The notes beneath the pieces were generated by a model that was not told the origin of the DNA, did no database searches, and was given only the letters and a program-made list of their open reading frames with translations. Made by a program: the position numbers and the translations under genes. Positions 25,073 through 27,306 of a DNA stretch of 27,306 nt are shown in pieces; position 1 is the stretch's first letter; each line of letters starts with the position of its first letter. The stretch spans positions 1-27,306 of the forward strand of contig CAZMPA010000002.1 in the NCBI GenBank assembly GCA_964567915.1, in the 5' to 3' direction. The DNA is from an uncultured Isosphaeraceae bacterium. Lineage in GTDB: Bacteria > Planctomycetota > Phycisphaerae > Phycisphaerales > SM1A02.

Positions 25073-27157
25073 ATGCCCACCATCACGCTTCCTGACGGCT
25101 CCACTCGCCAGTACGACACCGACATCACGCCCCTGCAGGTAGCAGCCGAGATTGGCCCGGGGCTCGCGAAGGCGGCACTCGGCGCCCGGGTCGACGGTGA
25201 ATTGGTCGGCGTACACCACACCATTTCCGAAGACGCCAACCTCGCCCTCCTGACACCACCGCGAGGTGACGCCGAGTGCGACGGCGACGTGCTCTGGCTG
25301 CTCCGTCACAGCGCCGCGCACGTCATGGCCGAAGCAGTCCAGTCGATCTATCCCGAGGCGAAGTTGGTCTACGGGCCGCCCGTCGACGAGGGGTTCTACT
25401 ACGACCTTGCGCTGCCGGATGGCACCACGATCAGCACGGGTGACTTCGATCGCATCGAGGCTGCCATGGCCGAAATTGTGAAGGCCGACCGGCCCTTCAC
25501 GGTCACTGAAGTGTCCGTCACAGACGGCATGGACCGGCTCGAGAGCGAGGGGAGCAAGTACAAACTCGACAACGCCCGCCGCGCGGTGGATGCCGGCGCG
25601 GAAACGCTGTCCTGGTATACGACGGGCGAACCCGGGCGCAACTGGGACGACCTCTGCCGGGGCCCGCACGCCCCGTCGAGCGGCAGAATCGGCGCATTCA
25701 AACTCATGTCAGTCGCCGCAAGCCACTGGCACGGCGATGTCAACTCGGATCGCCTGACGCGTCTCTATGGGACAGCATTTCCGGACAAGAAGCGACTTGC
25801 GGCGCATCTCGAGCAACTCGAGGAAGCACGCCGGCGTGACCACAGGGTCATTGGCAAACAACTGGGGCTCTTTCGGATCGACGACATGGTTGGTCAGGGA
25901 CTCGTGCTGTGGACTCCAGCCGGTGCCACGATCCGTCAGGAACTGCAGGACTTCATCGGCGCCGAGTTGACGCGGCAAGGGTACGACGCTGTCTTCACGC
26001 CGCACATCGGCAAGCTTGATCTCTTTCGCACCTCTGGCCACTTCCCCTACTACCAGAACAGCCAGTACCCCCCCCTGATCGACCCCGATCAATTGACAGA
26101 ATTGGCCGGCGAGGGCTGCAGCTGCGCAGACCTCTCAAACCGACTTCGCGAAGGTGACATCGACGGCTACCTGCTCAAGCCGATGAACTGCCCCATGCAC
26201 ATTCGAATCTTTGCGGGCGAGCCCCGGAGCTACCGCGATCTGCCCGTCCGTCTTTCCGAATTCGGAACGGTGTACCGGTATGAGCAGTCCGGAGAACTCG
26301 GGGGCATGCTTCGGGTTCGAGGCTTTACACAGGACGACGCACACCTCTTCTGCACCGAGGATCAGGTGCTGGATGAGGTCAAGGGATGCCTGGAACTGGT
26401 GCAGATCATTTTCGGGACACTTGGCATTGAGTCCTTCGATGTTCGCGTTGGTCTTCGCGATCCCGATTCGACCAAATACGTCGGAAGCCCCGAAAACTGG
26501 GACCGCGCCGAGGCCGCGTGCCGCACTGCTGCGGAGACCCTCGGCGTCCCCTGGAAAGCCGAACCTGGAGAGGCGGCCTTCTACGGGCCCAAGATTGACT
26601 TCGTCGTTCGTGACGCCATCGGCCGATCCTGGCAACTCGGAACAGTGCAGGTCGACTACAACCTCCCCGAGCGATTCAAGCTCTCGTACATCGGCGCCGA
26701 CAATGCGCCGCACCGTCCGGTGATGATTCATCGGGCGCCGTTCGGATCCATGGAACGCTTCATCGGCTTTCTGATTGAGCACTTCGCAGGCGCATTCCCC
26801 ACATGGCTGGCGCCCGAGCAGGTTCGCGTGCTCCCAGTGAGCGAGAAGTCCTCGGAATATGCCCGAACCGTTCACGAAGCACTGGCTGCATCCGGCCGAC
26901 GTGTCGTCCTCGACGACGGGAACGAACGCCTGCAAGCCCGTATTCGGGCCGCGGCCGAGCGGCGGATCCCATACCTCCTGATCGTGGGGCCCCGGGACGC
27001 CGATGCAGGAACAGTCAGCGTCCGCGCCCGCGGGATCGAAAAGGACCTCGGCGCCGTCCCCCTCGGGACCTTCGTTGATGCGTTGAATCGGGAGGTCCAG
27101 GAGCGGTCTGGATCGGCGCTGGCTGAAACGCTCTTTGCGACGGAATCGGCTGTCTGA
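25073..27157 (+). CDS. thrS: Threonine--tRNA ligase
   Basis: TGS domain (ITLPDGS), editing HSAAH and DLCRGPH, RDHR..G, SGH...KPMNCP, RVRGFTQDDAH, AAFYGPKID, TVQVDYNLPERF, HRAPFGSMERF, and an anticodon-binding domain. Confidence 0.98.
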   Translation: MPTITLPDGSTRQYDTDITPLQVAAEIGPGLAKAALGARVDGELVGVHHTISEDANLALLTPPRGDAECDGDVLWLLRHSAAHVMAEAVQSIYPEAKLVYGPPVDEGFYYDLALPDGTTISTGDFDRIEAAMAEIVKADRPFTVTEVSVTDGMDRLESEGSKYKLDNARRAVDAGAETLSWYTTGEPGRNWDDLCRGPHAPSSGRIGAFKLMSVAASHWHGDVNSDRLTRLYGTAFPDKKRLAAHLEQLEEARRRDHRVIGKQLGLFRIDDMVGQGLVLWTPAGATIRQELQDFIGAELTRQGYDAVFTPHIGKLDLFRTSGHFPYYQNSQYPPLIDPDQLTELAGEGCSCADLSNRLREGDIDGYLLKPMNCPMHIRIFAGEPRSYRDLPVRLSEFGTVYRYEQSGELGGMLRVRGFTQDDAHLFCTEDQVLDEVKGCLELVQIIFGTLGIESFDVRVGLRDPDSTKYVGSPENWDRAEAACRTAAETLGVPWKAEPGEAAFYGPKIDFVVRDAIGRSWQLGTVQVDYNLPERFKLSYIGADNAPHRPVMIHRAPFGSMERFIGFLIEHFAGAFPTWLAPEQVRVLPVSEKSSEYARTVHEALAASGRRVVLDDGNERLQARIRAAAERRIPYLLIVGPRDADAGTVSVRARGIEKDLGAVPLGTFVDALNREVQERSGSALAETLFATESAV

Positions 27158-27219
27158 CCCCTATGGGCGTGGTCCACTCTCTGGCCCCCCGAGCCGCCCT
27201 GCCCCCTAGGCGACGCCGG

Positions 27220-27306
27220 CTACCCGACCCCCCCCGCGGGCGGCGCCGGGGCCACGGCCATGGCTTCCACAAGCGCCGTGAAGGCCCTGCCCGCCAGCGG
27301 CACGAC
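27220..27306 (-). CDS. Possible 3' end of a convergent gene entering from beyond the window
   Basis: Minus frame VVPLAGRAFTALVEAMAVAPAPPAGGVG* (TAG at 27222-27220) with GC3-rich codons. A + strand start at ATG 27260 is an equally unproven alternative. Confidence 0.3.
   Translation of the reverse strand, partial: VVPLAGRAFTALVEAMAVAPAPPAGGVG

Overview
GC-rich (roughly two-thirds G+C by eye), gene-dense bacterial chromosome segment, most likely a planctomycete of the Phycisphaerae type. This assignment is inference: a PVC-superphylum signature small basic protein is present, and L34 and ThrRS look planctomycete-like. The content is mostly housekeeping: rnc, rpmH (missed by the ORF track), aroK, uppP, ligA, dacB, a TlpA-type lipoprotein, folK, cinA, an ABC solute-binding protein, pyrF, DUF971, a thioesterase, a GT4-like protein, a class I/II aminotransferase, acpS, moaE, nth, recX, a rhodanese, cdsA, a CT398-like zinc-ribbon protein, nrdR and thrS. 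I see no mobile element, CRISPR array, tRNA or rRNA. The most interesting signals lie in the regulatory grammar and in altered motifs. (1) Eight genes have a TAnnnT -10 hexamer exactly 6-7 nt before the ATG, indicating pervasive leaderless mRNAs, including a 33-bp bidirectional promoter. (2) The rnc/rpmH divergent promoter is exactly symmetric around one shared -35 hexamer, and rnc has a structured leader. (3) folK carries a frameshifting deletion of about 22 nt. (4) A 240-bp convergent intergenic region holds a candidate structured ncRNA and a terminator. (5) NrdR has Asn at the conserved Asp15 and a C-terminal QQDLF clamp-binding-like motif. (6) Nth has a remodelled Fe-S motif. (7) There is a SPOR-like bitopic protein, and (8) a Trp/Phe-containing uORF coupled to aroK. 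No database search or folding program was run; all family calls come from motif recognition.
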